Both the position numbers and the translations under genes were made by a program. 64,000 nt of DNA, taken from the NCBI GenBank assembly GCA_040772225.1, contig JAXGYO010000002.1, positions 1,725,762 to 1,789,761 on the forward strand, in the 5' to 3' direction. Of the stretch, positions 14,541 to 23,404 are shown in pieces. The notes beneath the pieces were generated by a model that was not told the origin of the DNA, ran no database searches, and was given only the letters and a program-made list of their open reading frames with translations. This DNA is from Anaerolineae bacterium (GTDB taxonomy: Bacteria > Chloroflexota > Anaerolineae > UBA1429). Numbering within the stretch: the first letter of the stretch is position 1; every line of letters starts with the position of its first letter.

Positions 14541-16049
14541 CTATAGCCCTGCGGCTCGGATGCCGAGGGTGTCCAGCTCAACCTGGTTCAGCCCGACGCC
14601 GCGCAGATGATCGCGGTTGCCCCGCAGACTCTCGATCGCGTTGACGCCCATGCCTCCCATCATCTCCTTGATCTCCAGGCTCCAGGCACGCAACAGGTTG
14701 GTGAGCCGTTGCGCCCCGATATCCGGGTTCAGCCGCTTGGTAAGGTAAGGGTCCTGTGTGGCGATACCCCAGTTGCACTTGCCCGTGTAGCAGTTCTGGC
14801 ACAGGTGGCAGCCCATCGAAACCAGGGCGGATGTCGCGATATAGACCGCGTCGGCGCCGAGGGCAATCGCCTTGACCACATCCGCGCTGCTGCGGATGCT
14901 GCCGGCAGCGACGAGCGAGGCGCGATGACGGATGCCCTCATCTCGCAACCGCTGGTCCACTGCTGCCAGAGCAAGCTCGATAGGGATGCCGACGTTGTTG
15001 CGCACCTGCGTCGGGGCGGCGCCTGTCCCGCCCCGCAGGCCATCGATGGCGACGATATCGGCGCCCGCTCGCACGATCCCGCTGGCGATGGGTGCGATGT
15101 TGTGAACCGCCGCTACCTTGACGCTGACCGGCTTTTCATAGCCGGTGGCCTCTTTGAGTGCATAGATGAGCTGGCGCAGGTCCTCGATCGAGTAGATGTC
15201 ATGATGGGGAGCCGGGGAGAGCGCATCGGTGCCCACCGGGATCATCCGCGTTGCGGAGATATCGGGGGTCACCTTCTCCCCAGGCAAGTGTCCACCAATA
15301 CCGGGCTTGGCCCCCTGCCCGATCTTGATCTCGAGCGCGGCGACGGCATTGAGATAGTCGAGATGCACGCCGAACCTTCCGGAGGCGACCTGAGCGATGG
15401 TGTTGCCACCGTAACCATAGAGCGCCGGATGGAGCCCGCCTTCACCAGTGTTATAGAACGTTCCCGCCTCCTGTGACGCCCGGGCAAGGGACTCGCAGGC
15501 GTTAAAGCTGATCGAGCCATAGGACATGGCCGAGAACATGATCGGGACCTCGAGCCGGAGCAGCGGCGCCAGTTGCGTCTCTGTGGGCTCTCCATCCGCA
15601 CCCCACTCCAGACGCTCCGGTTTGGCCCCCAGGTAGGTGACCAGCTCCATCGGCTCCCGCATGGGGTCGATCGATGGGTTGGTCACCTGGCTAGCGTTAA
15701 GCAGCATGTGGTCCCAGTACACGCGATAGGCTTGATCACAGCCCATACCCGTGAGGAGCATGCCGCCACTCTCAGCCTGCCGGTAGATGTTTCGGAGGGC
15801 CTGGTTCGACCAGTTGGCATGGGGCCGGAACTCGAGGGGATTCTGCCGCACCGTCAGGGCGTGAGTCGGGCAGAGCGTCACACACCTGTGGCAACCGACG
15901 CAATTCGCATCCTCGCTATAGACACAGTCGTCCTCGATGTCATAGACATGGACGTCGTTGGCACATTGCCGGACACACACCTGACAGGAGATGCACCGGC
16001 TTTGGTCGCGCTCGATGACAAAGGCGGGCGTCGTGTAGGAGAGCGCCAT
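14541..16049 (-). CDS. Glutamate synthase FMN-binding domain protein (GltB2-like) with N-terminal 4Fe-4S ferredoxin domain
   Basis: N-terminal Cys clusters, then GOGAT FMN/central-domain blocks (FSAMSYGSIS, GEGGLHP, GQGAKPG). Confidence 0.9.
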   Translation of the reverse strand: MALSYTTPAFVIERDQSRCISCQVCVRQCANDVHVYDIEDDCVYSEDANCVGCHRCVTLCPTHALTVRQNPLEFRPHANWSNQALRNIYRQAESGGMLLTGMGCDQAYRVYWDHMLLNASQVTNPSIDPMREPMELVTYLGAKPERLEWGADGEPTETQLAPLLRLEVPIMFSAMSYGSISFNACESLARASQEAGTFYNTGEGGLHPALYGYGGNTIAQVASGRFGVHLDYLNAVAALEIKIGQGAKPGIGGHLPGEKVTPDISATRMIPVGTDALSPAPHHDIYSIEDLRQLIYALKEATGYEKPVSVKVAAVHNIAPIASGIVRAGADIVAIDGLRGGTGAAPTQVRNNVGIPIELALAAVDQRLRDEGIRHRASLVAAGSIRSSADVVKAIALGADAVYIATSALVSMGCHLCQNCYTGKCNWGIATQDPYLTKRLNPDIGAQRLTNLLRAWSLEIKEMMGGMGVNAIESLRGNRDHLRGVGLNQVELDTLGIRAAGL

Positions 16050-16134
16050 GGCTTACCTCAACTGGAATAAAACCGCCGCCCCCTGAGGAGCGGCTTCGCT
16101 GCACGCGGTGGGTCATCAACATCGACCCGATCAC

Positions 16135-16153
16135 CTGTAGGCTTATCTTACAG
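16135..16153. promoter_or_regulatory. Palindrome upstream of split-GOGAT operon
   Basis: CTGTAGGCTTATCTTACAG (TGTA-N9-TACA), about 90 bp upstream of the gltB2-like start. A TGCAC-GCG-GTG partial half-site lies nearby. Confidence 0.2.
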
Positions 16154-16285
16154 GGACCGGTCCGGGGCCACATCGACCGAGTGGAGGATTTCGAGGATGC
16201 CGAACGGAGGATTTAGAGCGCCATATACAGCGAGAGCGGCCCTACCCACCGGGGTGGACCGCTCCAACGGTGCAGATGAAAAGCA

Positions 16286-17815
16286 TCAGGTCGTGACCGT
16301 GTCGCGGACCCCTGCCATCAACAGACCGATCTGCTCACGCGTAGCTGTCGGACCGTCGACCGTGGCGATAATCTCACCCTCGTAGATCACGGCGATGCGG
16401 TCCGAAAGGGTCAAGATCTCGTCCAGTTCAGCCGAGACCAATAACACGGCAACGCCTCGATCGCGTTGCGCGACAATCTGCTGATGAATGAACTCAATCG
16501 AACCCACGTCTACGCCACGCGTGGGTTGGCTGGCTACCAGCAAGGATATCTCCCGTCCGAGCTCACGGGCAACCACCATCTTTTGCTGGTTTCCACCTGA
16601 CAGCGAACCTGCAGCCGTATCAACATCGGGTGTGCGAATGTCAAACTGCTCGACCAGCCTCTCGGCATGCGCATAGCAGGCGTCATCATCGCGAATGCCA
16701 CGATTAGCAAAGGGTGCCTGGAAATAGGTATTGAGCACGAGATTGTCAGCCACCGAATACGAAGAGACCATCCCATAGCGGTGCCGGTCTTCAGGGATAT
16801 AGGCCATGCCCAGATTGGTGCGGTTGCGAGGAGTCGAGCGCGTGATATCGATACCGTTGAAGATGACCGTCCCCGACAGCGCCCTTCGCAGGCCGGTAAT
16901 CGACTCGACCAATTCAGTCTGGCCGTTCCCCTGCACGCCCGCTACGCCCAGTATTTCGCCGGCACGGACCTGCAGGCTGACATTACGCAGGGCCACTCCG
17001 CTGCGCTCGACCTGCGTTGAGAGCCCGCGCACATCCAACACCACCCGCTCCGGATGGGCGGGCCCTTTGGGCACCTGCAGGATCACCTCGCGCCCCACCA
17101 TCATCTCGGCAAGCGACGCTTGCGTGGACTCTTCAGGCGTCGCCTCGCCGACCACGCGTCCGGCCCGCATCGCCACGATACGATGGGAGACATCGAGCAC
17201 CTCGCGCAGCTTGTGCGTGATAAAGATGATGGAATGCCCTGCGGAAGCGAGATCGCGCATCACCCTGAACAGATCTCGGATCTCCTGAGGGGTGAGGACC
17301 GCCGTCGGCTCGTCGAGTATCAGGATGCGGGCATTACGATAGAGCGCCTTGAGAATCTCGACGCGCTGCTGCACACCCACGGGAAGCTGCTCTATAACCG
17401 CATCGGGGTCGACGACCAGACCATACTGCTGGGACAACTCGATGACGCGCTTACGTCCAGCATCCAGATCCAGAAACGGAGTGTGTCCGTGGGTGATCTC
17501 CGCTCCGAGCAGGATATTCTCGGTCACCGTCATCGGCTGCACAAGCTGAAAGTGCTGGTGCACCATGCCGATTCCCAGTGCGATCGCATCACGGGGCGAA
17601 GCGACTCTTACAGGCTCACCATCGACAAAGAGCTCGCCCTCGTCCGGGTGATAGAGACCATAGACGATATTCATCAGCGTGCTTTTACCTGCGCCATTCT
17701 CACCCAGGAGCGCCAGGATCTCCCCTTTGTGCAGCGCCAGACTCACGCGATCGTTCGCCACGACGCCTGGAAAGATCTTGGTGATATTGCACGCCTCGAG
17801 GACAATGTCCGTCAT
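16286..17815 (-). CDS. ABC transporter ATP-binding protein (tandem ATPase domains, sugar/nucleoside type)
   Basis: Two Walker A/B plus signature sets. N-terminal GENGAGKST. Confidence 0.9.
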   Translation of the reverse strand: MTDIVLEACNITKIFPGVVANDRVSLALHKGEILALLGENGAGKSTLMNIVYGLYHPDEGELFVDGEPVRVASPRDAIALGIGMVHQHFQLVQPMTVTENILLGAEITHGHTPFLDLDAGRKRVIELSQQYGLVVDPDAVIEQLPVGVQQRVEILKALYRNARILILDEPTAVLTPQEIRDLFRVMRDLASAGHSIIFITHKLREVLDVSHRIVAMRAGRVVGEATPEESTQASLAEMMVGREVILQVPKGPAHPERVVLDVRGLSTQVERSGVALRNVSLQVRAGEILGVAGVQGNGQTELVESITGLRRALSGTVIFNGIDITRSTPRNRTNLGMAYIPEDRHRYGMVSSYSVADNLVLNTYFQAPFANRGIRDDDACYAHAERLVEQFDIRTPDVDTAAGSLSGGNQQKMVVARELGREISLLVASQPTRGVDVGSIEFIHQQIVAQRDRGVAVLLVSAELDEILTLSDRIAVIYEGEIIATVDGPTATREQIGLLMAGVRDTVTT

Positions 17816-17818
17816 CTG

Positions 17819-18880
17819 TCACTCCGTCTCATAGACCTCGCCCTCGGCTGCCGGGGCCCGTGTCCGCCCAATAACGCCTACGAGGACGACGATTGTGGTA
17901 ACATAGGGCAGCATGCTGATGAAAAAACGTGGGATTCTGGTCACGCCCGACAGGAGCAGCTGGTTCTGAAGCGCCTGCGCATAGCCGAAAAGCGTCGAGG
18001 CTCCCAGAGCGCCCAGCGGGTTCCAGTTTCCGAATATCATCGCCGCCAGTGAAATAAAACCGCGTCCAGCGGTCATCCCCTCTTTGAACTGGCCCACGGC
18101 CTCCAGCACAAGAAAAGCACCGCCGAGCGCGGCAAGAGCCCCACCGAGGGTCGTGTTGATGTATCGCCACCGGTTCACGTTGATTCCCATGGTGTCCGCC
18201 GCGCGCGGATGCTCACCGATAGCCCGTGTGCGCAGTCCCCACCGGCTGCGAAAGAGCAGGAATTGCACAATAAAGACCATCGCGAGTGCTAGATAGGTCA
18301 GAAAGCCATTGGTGAACAGGATCTCGCCAAAAACGGGAATCCGTGACAGTAGCGGGATACGGATATCGGCGAACTTACCCCTGCTAAGCCAGTCCGGGTT
18401 AAAGAGATAGGTGCTCAGTCCCGTCGCGAGCACGATCAGCGCCGTTCCGCTGATGATCTGGTTCATCCGAAAACGGATGCTGAGCAAGGCGTGCAGATAC
18501 CCCATAGCCGCCCCCACCAAAATGGCGGACAGCGTGGCGAGAAAAAGGCTCACAGGAAGCGGCAGGCCGCCGGTAAAGGCCTTGACAACAAAAGCGCCAA
18601 AGGCGCCTGCCAGCATCATGCCCTCGATCCCGATGTTGATGATGCCCGAGCGCTCGCACAGGATACCAGACAGGGCACCAAAAATGAGGGGAACCGCTGC
18701 GCGCAGTGTGTAGCGAAGGACCCCTTTTCCCACAAAGATGCCCAACACACCGTTGCCAAGCGGCGTCGTCTCTGCAAGGATCGCCAGAATCGCAACGATG
18801 ACTATCAGTGCCCAGCTGAACCACCGGCTGGTCGGCTTGATGCGGGCGGCTCTGATTCCAGTGTTCTCTCGAACCGCCAT
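17819..18880 (-). CDS. ABC transporter permease
   Basis: Multi-TM hydrophobic protein in an operon with the ATPase and BMP substrate-binding protein. Confidence 0.85.
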   Translation of the reverse strand: MAVRENTGIRAARIKPTSRWFSWALIVIVAILAILAETTPLGNGVLGIFVGKGVLRYTLRAAVPLIFGALSGILCERSGIINIGIEGMMLAGAFGAFVVKAFTGGLPLPVSLFLATLSAILVGAAMGYLHALLSIRFRMNQIISGTALIVLATGLSTYLFNPDWLSRGKFADIRIPLLSRIPVFGEILFTNGFLTYLALAMVFIVQFLLFRSRWGLRTRAIGEHPRAADTMGINVNRWRYINTTLGGALAALGGAFLVLEAVGQFKEGMTAGRGFISLAAMIFGNWNPLGALGASTLFGYAQALQNQLLLSGVTRIPRFFISMLPYVTTIVVLVGVIGRTRAPAAEGEVYETE

Positions 18881-18881
18881 T

Positions 18882-20045
18882 CTAACCTCCCCAGCCCGTA
18901 GCGAGCTGTGTGTCCGAGGTATCCTCGCCGGTGCGCCGGCCGCGGATGCGATAGATCACCCGCACGATCTCCGGAGCCGCCACGAGTATGAGTACCAGGG
19001 CCTGAACCACCTGGATGATCTCGCTGCGAACACCAGAGTCAAACTGCATTTTGGCAGCGCCGCCATACAGCGCGCCCATGAACACCGAGGACAACACGAC
19101 GCCAAAGGGCTGCGTACCACCCAATAGGGCCACCGTGATCCCCTCAAACCCGGAGCTGCCGGTAAACTCGGGGGCATAGCGATGGTACAGCCCAAGCGTC
19201 TCCACCGTACCGGCCAAGCCTGCCAGTCCTCCGGCGATGGCCATGGTGAGCACAATAGTCCAGTTGACCCGAATGCCAGCGTAACGCGCCGCACTGAGAT
19301 TGGCACCAACCGTGCGCACTTCAAAGCCAAAGGTACTCTTGCGCAATATCCACCACACGATGACCGCCGCCACCAGCGCAACCACGAGGCCCCAATGGAC
19401 ATCGGTAAACACCCCGGGGAAGAATTCGGGCAGGATGGCTGTGGGCAGCACCTCCTTTGTCTGGGAGATACCCCGCACCGCTGCGACGGGATCTGATAGT
19501 GGCCCCGGTTGCTGTCCTTCAGTGCCGCCGGCGTAGATCAACCAGCTCACGAATAGCGAGGCAATATAGTTCAGCATGATGGTGGTGATCACCTCATGCG
19601 CCCCGCGCCATACCTTGAGCAACCCTGGGATCGCCCCCCAGAGAGCACCTCCGGCCAGGCCGGCCAGCAGCGCCAGAGGGAGATGGATGTATACGGGAAG
19701 CCCCTCCAGGCTGACCCCAACAGCAACCGAGGCGGCCGTACCCATCAGATACTGCCCGGAGGCGCCGATGTTGAACAGGCCGGCCTTGAAGGCAAAAGCG
19801 ACCGAAAGTCCGGTGAGGATAAATGGGGTCGCGGTACGCAGGGTCCGAGAGATCGCACCAACGCTACCAAATGCACCCTGCAGCAGGCCTGCATAGGCCG
19901 CAAGCGGGTTCTCCCCCGATAGGAGCATGATCACGGCGCCCACGGCAAAAGCCGTAAACAGGGCAAGCAAGGGCATCAGCAGGGGATGGGTGATTCGCGT
20001 GAACCAGCGGGAGCGGTCGTGTGGCTGATCGGCCGGGTCACCCAT
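18882..20045 (-). CDS. ABC transporter permease
   Basis: Multi-TM protein, adjacent and co-oriented with the second permease. Confidence 0.85.
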   Translation of the reverse strand: MGDPADQPHDRSRWFTRITHPLLMPLLALFTAFAVGAVIMLLSGENPLAAYAGLLQGAFGSVGAISRTLRTATPFILTGLSVAFAFKAGLFNIGASGQYLMGTAASVAVGVSLEGLPVYIHLPLALLAGLAGGALWGAIPGLLKVWRGAHEVITTIMLNYIASLFVSWLIYAGGTEGQQPGPLSDPVAAVRGISQTKEVLPTAILPEFFPGVFTDVHWGLVVALVAAVIVWWILRKSTFGFEVRTVGANLSAARYAGIRVNWTIVLTMAIAGGLAGLAGTVETLGLYHRYAPEFTGSSGFEGITVALLGGTQPFGVVLSSVFMGALYGGAAKMQFDSGVRSEIIQVVQALVLILVAAPEIVRVIYRIRGRRTGEDTSDTQLATGWGG

Positions 20046-20137
20046 GGCAACTCCAGTCTACTTGAAACATCCATACGCATCGAGGCGGCAACGCTGCAGA
20101 GCATCCCGGACCTCGAGCCGGGTAAGGAATAGACATA

Positions 20138-20164
20138 CAATGGGGAGGCTTAGCCTCCCCATTG
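20138..20164 (-). other. Intra-operon hairpin between substrate-binding-protein gene and permease gene
   Basis: 12-bp perfect stem CAATGGGGAGGC-TTA-GCCTCCCCATTG. Confidence 0.35.
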
Positions 20165-20176
20165 TGTTGAGCCGAT

Positions 20177-21190
20177 CTATTGGCCGTATCCGGTGCTGAT
20201 CGAACCGTCAGCGAGGCCGGCTGCGATCTCTTCGAGTTCACTCTTGAGCTCAGCCGGAAGCTGATCCTCAAAGTCATGGTACGGTGCCAGCCCGGCATCA
20301 CCAAAGACCTGGCCGCCTTCAAAAGAACCGTCGGCAGCGGCAAGGATCAGGTCTCTGACGCCAGAGCGCACGGACTTGATCGCGCTTGTGACCAGGCAAG
20401 GATGAGCCCCGGGGAGAGTCTCCCACTGGTCGGTGTCCACACCGATGCAATAAAGGCCCTCATGCGTGGCTGTCTCCTCAAGCGCACCGTTGCCTGTCTG
20501 GCCGCCGGCGGCGAACACTACATCAGCGCCTCCGTCGATAGCCTGCGCAGCCGTCGCGGCGCCCCACTCGGGGTCCGTAAAGGCCTGAGCGATCTCACCC
20601 GGGTGGTAAGCAGAGATGATGTTGATGTCGGGCTTGACCGACCTGGCACCAGCCTCGTAGCCCTCACGGAAGGCCACCACAGCCGGAATCAAGTCTGTCC
20701 CAAAGACGCCGCCGATGGTGCCTGACGTGGTCAGATTGGCCGCCAGCACACCGGCCAGATAGCCAGCATGATCCTCATGGAATACCAGGCCAGCCACATT
20801 CGGGACGGTCTCAGCCTGGAACTGATCCACACCGATGAACATCGTGTCCGGGTACTCGGCAGCCATCTGCAACGTGGCATCGCCCAGTGCATAACCCACC
20901 GTAACGATCACATCGTAGCCCTCATCGGTAAATTGACGGATGTTGTCAAGATAGTCGGTCGCAGCCTTGGTTTCGATGTATTTGGCCTCGACACCCAGCT
21001 CTGCCGCCGCATCCTGGACACCTTCCCAGGCAGACTGGTTAAAGGTGCGGTCATTGACGCGCCCCACGTCCGTCACGAGACCTATCTTGAAGTCTTCCCC
21101 TCCAGAGGCACCCTCACCCCCCGCGCAGCCCGTGGCCAGCATGGCCACGACCAGCATTATGGCCAATAACGATACAAAGGTCCTGTGCAT
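20177..21190 (-). CDS. BMP-family (PnrA-like) ABC transporter substrate-binding lipoprotein, probable nucleoside-binding
   Basis: Lipoprotein signal (LATGC) and BMP-family blocks (KIGLVTDVG..NDRTFNQSAWEG). Start at MHRTF after a GGAGGAGAG RBS. Confidence 0.9.
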   Translation of the reverse strand: MHRTFVSLLAIMLVVAMLATGCAGGEGASGGEDFKIGLVTDVGRVNDRTFNQSAWEGVQDAAAELGVEAKYIETKAATDYLDNIRQFTDEGYDVIVTVGYALGDATLQMAAEYPDTMFIGVDQFQAETVPNVAGLVFHEDHAGYLAGVLAANLTTSGTIGGVFGTDLIPAVVAFREGYEAGARSVKPDINIISAYHPGEIAQAFTDPEWGAATAAQAIDGGADVVFAAGGQTGNGALEETATHEGLYCIGVDTDQWETLPGAHPCLVTSAIKSVRSGVRDLILAAADGSFEGGQVFGDAGLAPYHDFEDQLPAELKSELEEIAAGLADGSISTGYGQ

Positions 21191-21446
21191 CTTTCTCTCC
21201 TCCATGCTTCATCTCTACCAGAGTCCCTGGCACGCCAATGCCACCTTACCCATCGGGTGACCTGGCGAGTGAAGATTAGCACGGGCAGCCAGAGTCTGCA
21301 AGCAGCAGCCCGCTCCCTGCACCCGCTCGGAAGACACCGTGCAAGCCAGGAGACCATTGAACGTCGGAGACAACTGGATGTGCCTGGGGCCGAAAACGCA
21401 AATGACCGCCACCCCAAAGGGACGACGGTCACATGACTGGCATTTG

Positions 21447-21530
21447 TGCCCCTGACTGGACTCGAACCAGTACGCCCTAAACGAGCACAGGCCCTCAACC
21501 TGCTGCGTATGCCAATTCCGCCACAGGGGC
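21447..21530 (-). tRNA. tRNA-Leu (anticodon GAG)
   Basis: Reverse complement gives GCCCCTG..GCGGAATTGGCATACGC..anticodon loop TTGAGGG..long variable arm..T-arm ACTGG-TTCGAGT-CCAGT..CAGGGGC-A. Type II tRNA. Confidence 0.85.
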
Positions 21531-21634
21531 TCAATCGCGAGTATAGCCCATAGCCTGCAGTTGTCAACTCGGCAGCGCACAGGGTACAATTGCGGCCAGC
21601 AACGCGACAGTCAGTTCACCCCCGGGAGGCTCAT

Positions 21635-22672
21635 ATGCGTATTGCTCTGGATGCGATGGGAAGTGACCATGCTCCCGCGGTGGATGTACGCGGCGGTGTG
21701 CGTGCGGCGCGCCGCTTTGGGCACGAGATCATCCTGGTTGGCCGTGAAACCGAGATTCGCGAGATTTTGGCCGCGGAGGATGTGTCGGGCCTGGCCCTCT
21801 CGGTAGTCAATGCCTCCGAGGTTGTAGAGATGGGCGAGCATCCTGCGCAGGCCGTGCGCGCCAAAAAGGATGCCTCCATCGTCGTGGCCATGAGCCTCCT
21901 GCGCGAGGGCAAGGCCGACGCCGTGGTCTCCGCCGGAAACTCGGGCGGCGTCCTGGCTGCCTCGCTGGCCAGTGCCGGGCGCATTGGGCGCATCGCGGGC
22001 GTGCAAAGGCCAGCTATCTCGACAATCTTGCCCACCATCGACGGCCACGTGTTCATGCTGGACATTGGCGCCAATACCGACTGCAAGCCCGAGTGGCTGA
22101 TGCAGTTTGCGATCATGGGCTCTGCGTACGCCCAGCACATCATGGGCATCCCGAGTCCGCGAATTGCGCTGCTCTCCAACGGCGAGGAAAAGACAAAGGG
22201 AAGCACCCTGGTTCAAGAGACCTATGGGCTGCTGGAGCGTAACTGCCCGGATCTGAATGTCGTGGGTAACGCCGAGGGCAAGGATATCCTGCGGGGGATC
22301 GCCGATGTCATTGTGACGGATGGCTTTACCGGGAACGTCGCGCTCAAGACCGCGGAGGGTACCGCGAGCATGCTGCTGAGGGTGTTGAGCCAGGAGATCA
22401 AGTCACGGCCGGTGGCCGTGCTGGGCGCGCTCCTGGCAAAGCCTGCGTTCAACGCCGTTCGCAAGCGATTGGATTTCCGCGAGTATGGCGGCGGCGTGCT
22501 TCTGGGTGTCGATGGCGTCGTTGTGATCGCCCATGGTCGCTCCGACGAACTTGCGATAGAGAATGCGATGGGTGTGGCCATTGCTGCTCGCGAAGGGGAG
22601 ATTGTCCGGGTGATCGAACAGCGCGTGGCCGCCATGAAAGAATCCGCGTCGCAGGAGAGCAAGGCCGTCTAG
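21635..22672 (+). CDS. plsX: Phosphate acyltransferase
   Basis: PlsX blocks (MRIALDAMGSDHAP, GNSGGVLAASL). ATG at 21635 after a GGGAGG RBS. Confidence 0.9.
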   Translation: MRIALDAMGSDHAPAVDVRGGVRAARRFGHEIILVGRETEIREILAAEDVSGLALSVVNASEVVEMGEHPAQAVRAKKDASIVVAMSLLREGKADAVVSAGNSGGVLAASLASAGRIGRIAGVQRPAISTILPTIDGHVFMLDIGANTDCKPEWLMQFAIMGSAYAQHIMGIPSPRIALLSNGEEKTKGSTLVQETYGLLERNCPDLNVVGNAEGKDILRGIADVIVTDGFTGNVALKTAEGTASMLLRVLSQEIKSRPVAVLGALLAKPAFNAVRKRLDFREYGGGVLLGVDGVVVIAHGRSDELAIENAMGVAIAAREGEIVRVIEQRVAAMKESASQESKAV

Positions 22673-22711
22673 CGACCGTCATTCGTTCTAGCCAACAGAC
22701 TGAGGTTATGC

Positions 22712-23404
22712 ATGCAAGCTTTCGCCAATGACGCCTTTCTGGACAAGCGCCGCAAATACGCCAAGTGGGGCAACTATATTGGGCTGGGCGCCCTCTTTAT
22801 CGGGCTTTTTACCGCCGCGCGGTCGCCTGTGCTGTCGTCGTCCCTGCTTCTGGTCGGCGTTCTCGGAGCATCGGTCGGCGCCTATATGGCCAACAGGTAT
22901 GTACGCGAGCCGCGCCCCGATCAACTGCTTGCGCGCGCACTCGATGGTTTGGACAAGCGGTACACGCTGCTCAGCTACTATCTTCCCTCCGACCAGGTCG
23001 TGTTCTCCCATCGCGGCTTTACGGTGCTGGTGACACGCGCTCAGCAGGGAGAGATCACCTACGCCGATGGGCGCTGGGATCACCAGATGCGCCATCGCAG
23101 GATCAAGCAGCTATTCGGCGAACCGGCGATCTCCACACCTGAAAAGGACCTGGGGCTGGAGGTACGAGACGTGGAGAGATGGGTGTCGTCACTGGGCCTG
23201 AGCGATCAGGTCCCCGTAAATGGGGTCATTGTCTTTACCGGTGAGGACGTACAACTCGATATCCAGGATCCAGATTTTCCCGCAGTTACCCTCGAGAACC
23301 TGGCGGCATACTTCCGAGATAGCACGAGGGACCAAACCCTCCTCACCACCAGCCAGCGTCGCGAGATCGAGAGCAAACTTGATGCACTGGTCGGCAGGGT
23401 CTGA
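22712..23404 (+). CDS. Membrane-anchored NERD-like (nuclease-related domain) protein
   Basis: Two N-terminal TM helices, then a motif resembling NERD (VFSHRGFTVLVTRAQQGEITYADGRW). Domain assignment is from memory. Confidence 0.45.
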   Translation: MQAFANDAFLDKRRKYAKWGNYIGLGALFIGLFTAARSPVLSSSLLLVGVLGASVGAYMANRYVREPRPDQLLARALDGLDKRYTLLSYYLPSDQVVFSHRGFTVLVTRAQQGEITYADGRWDHQMRHRRIKQLFGEPAISTPEKDLGLEVRDVERWVSSLGLSDQVPVNGVIVFTGEDVQLDIQDPDFPAVTLENLAAYFRDSTRDQTLLTTSQRREIESKLDALVGRV

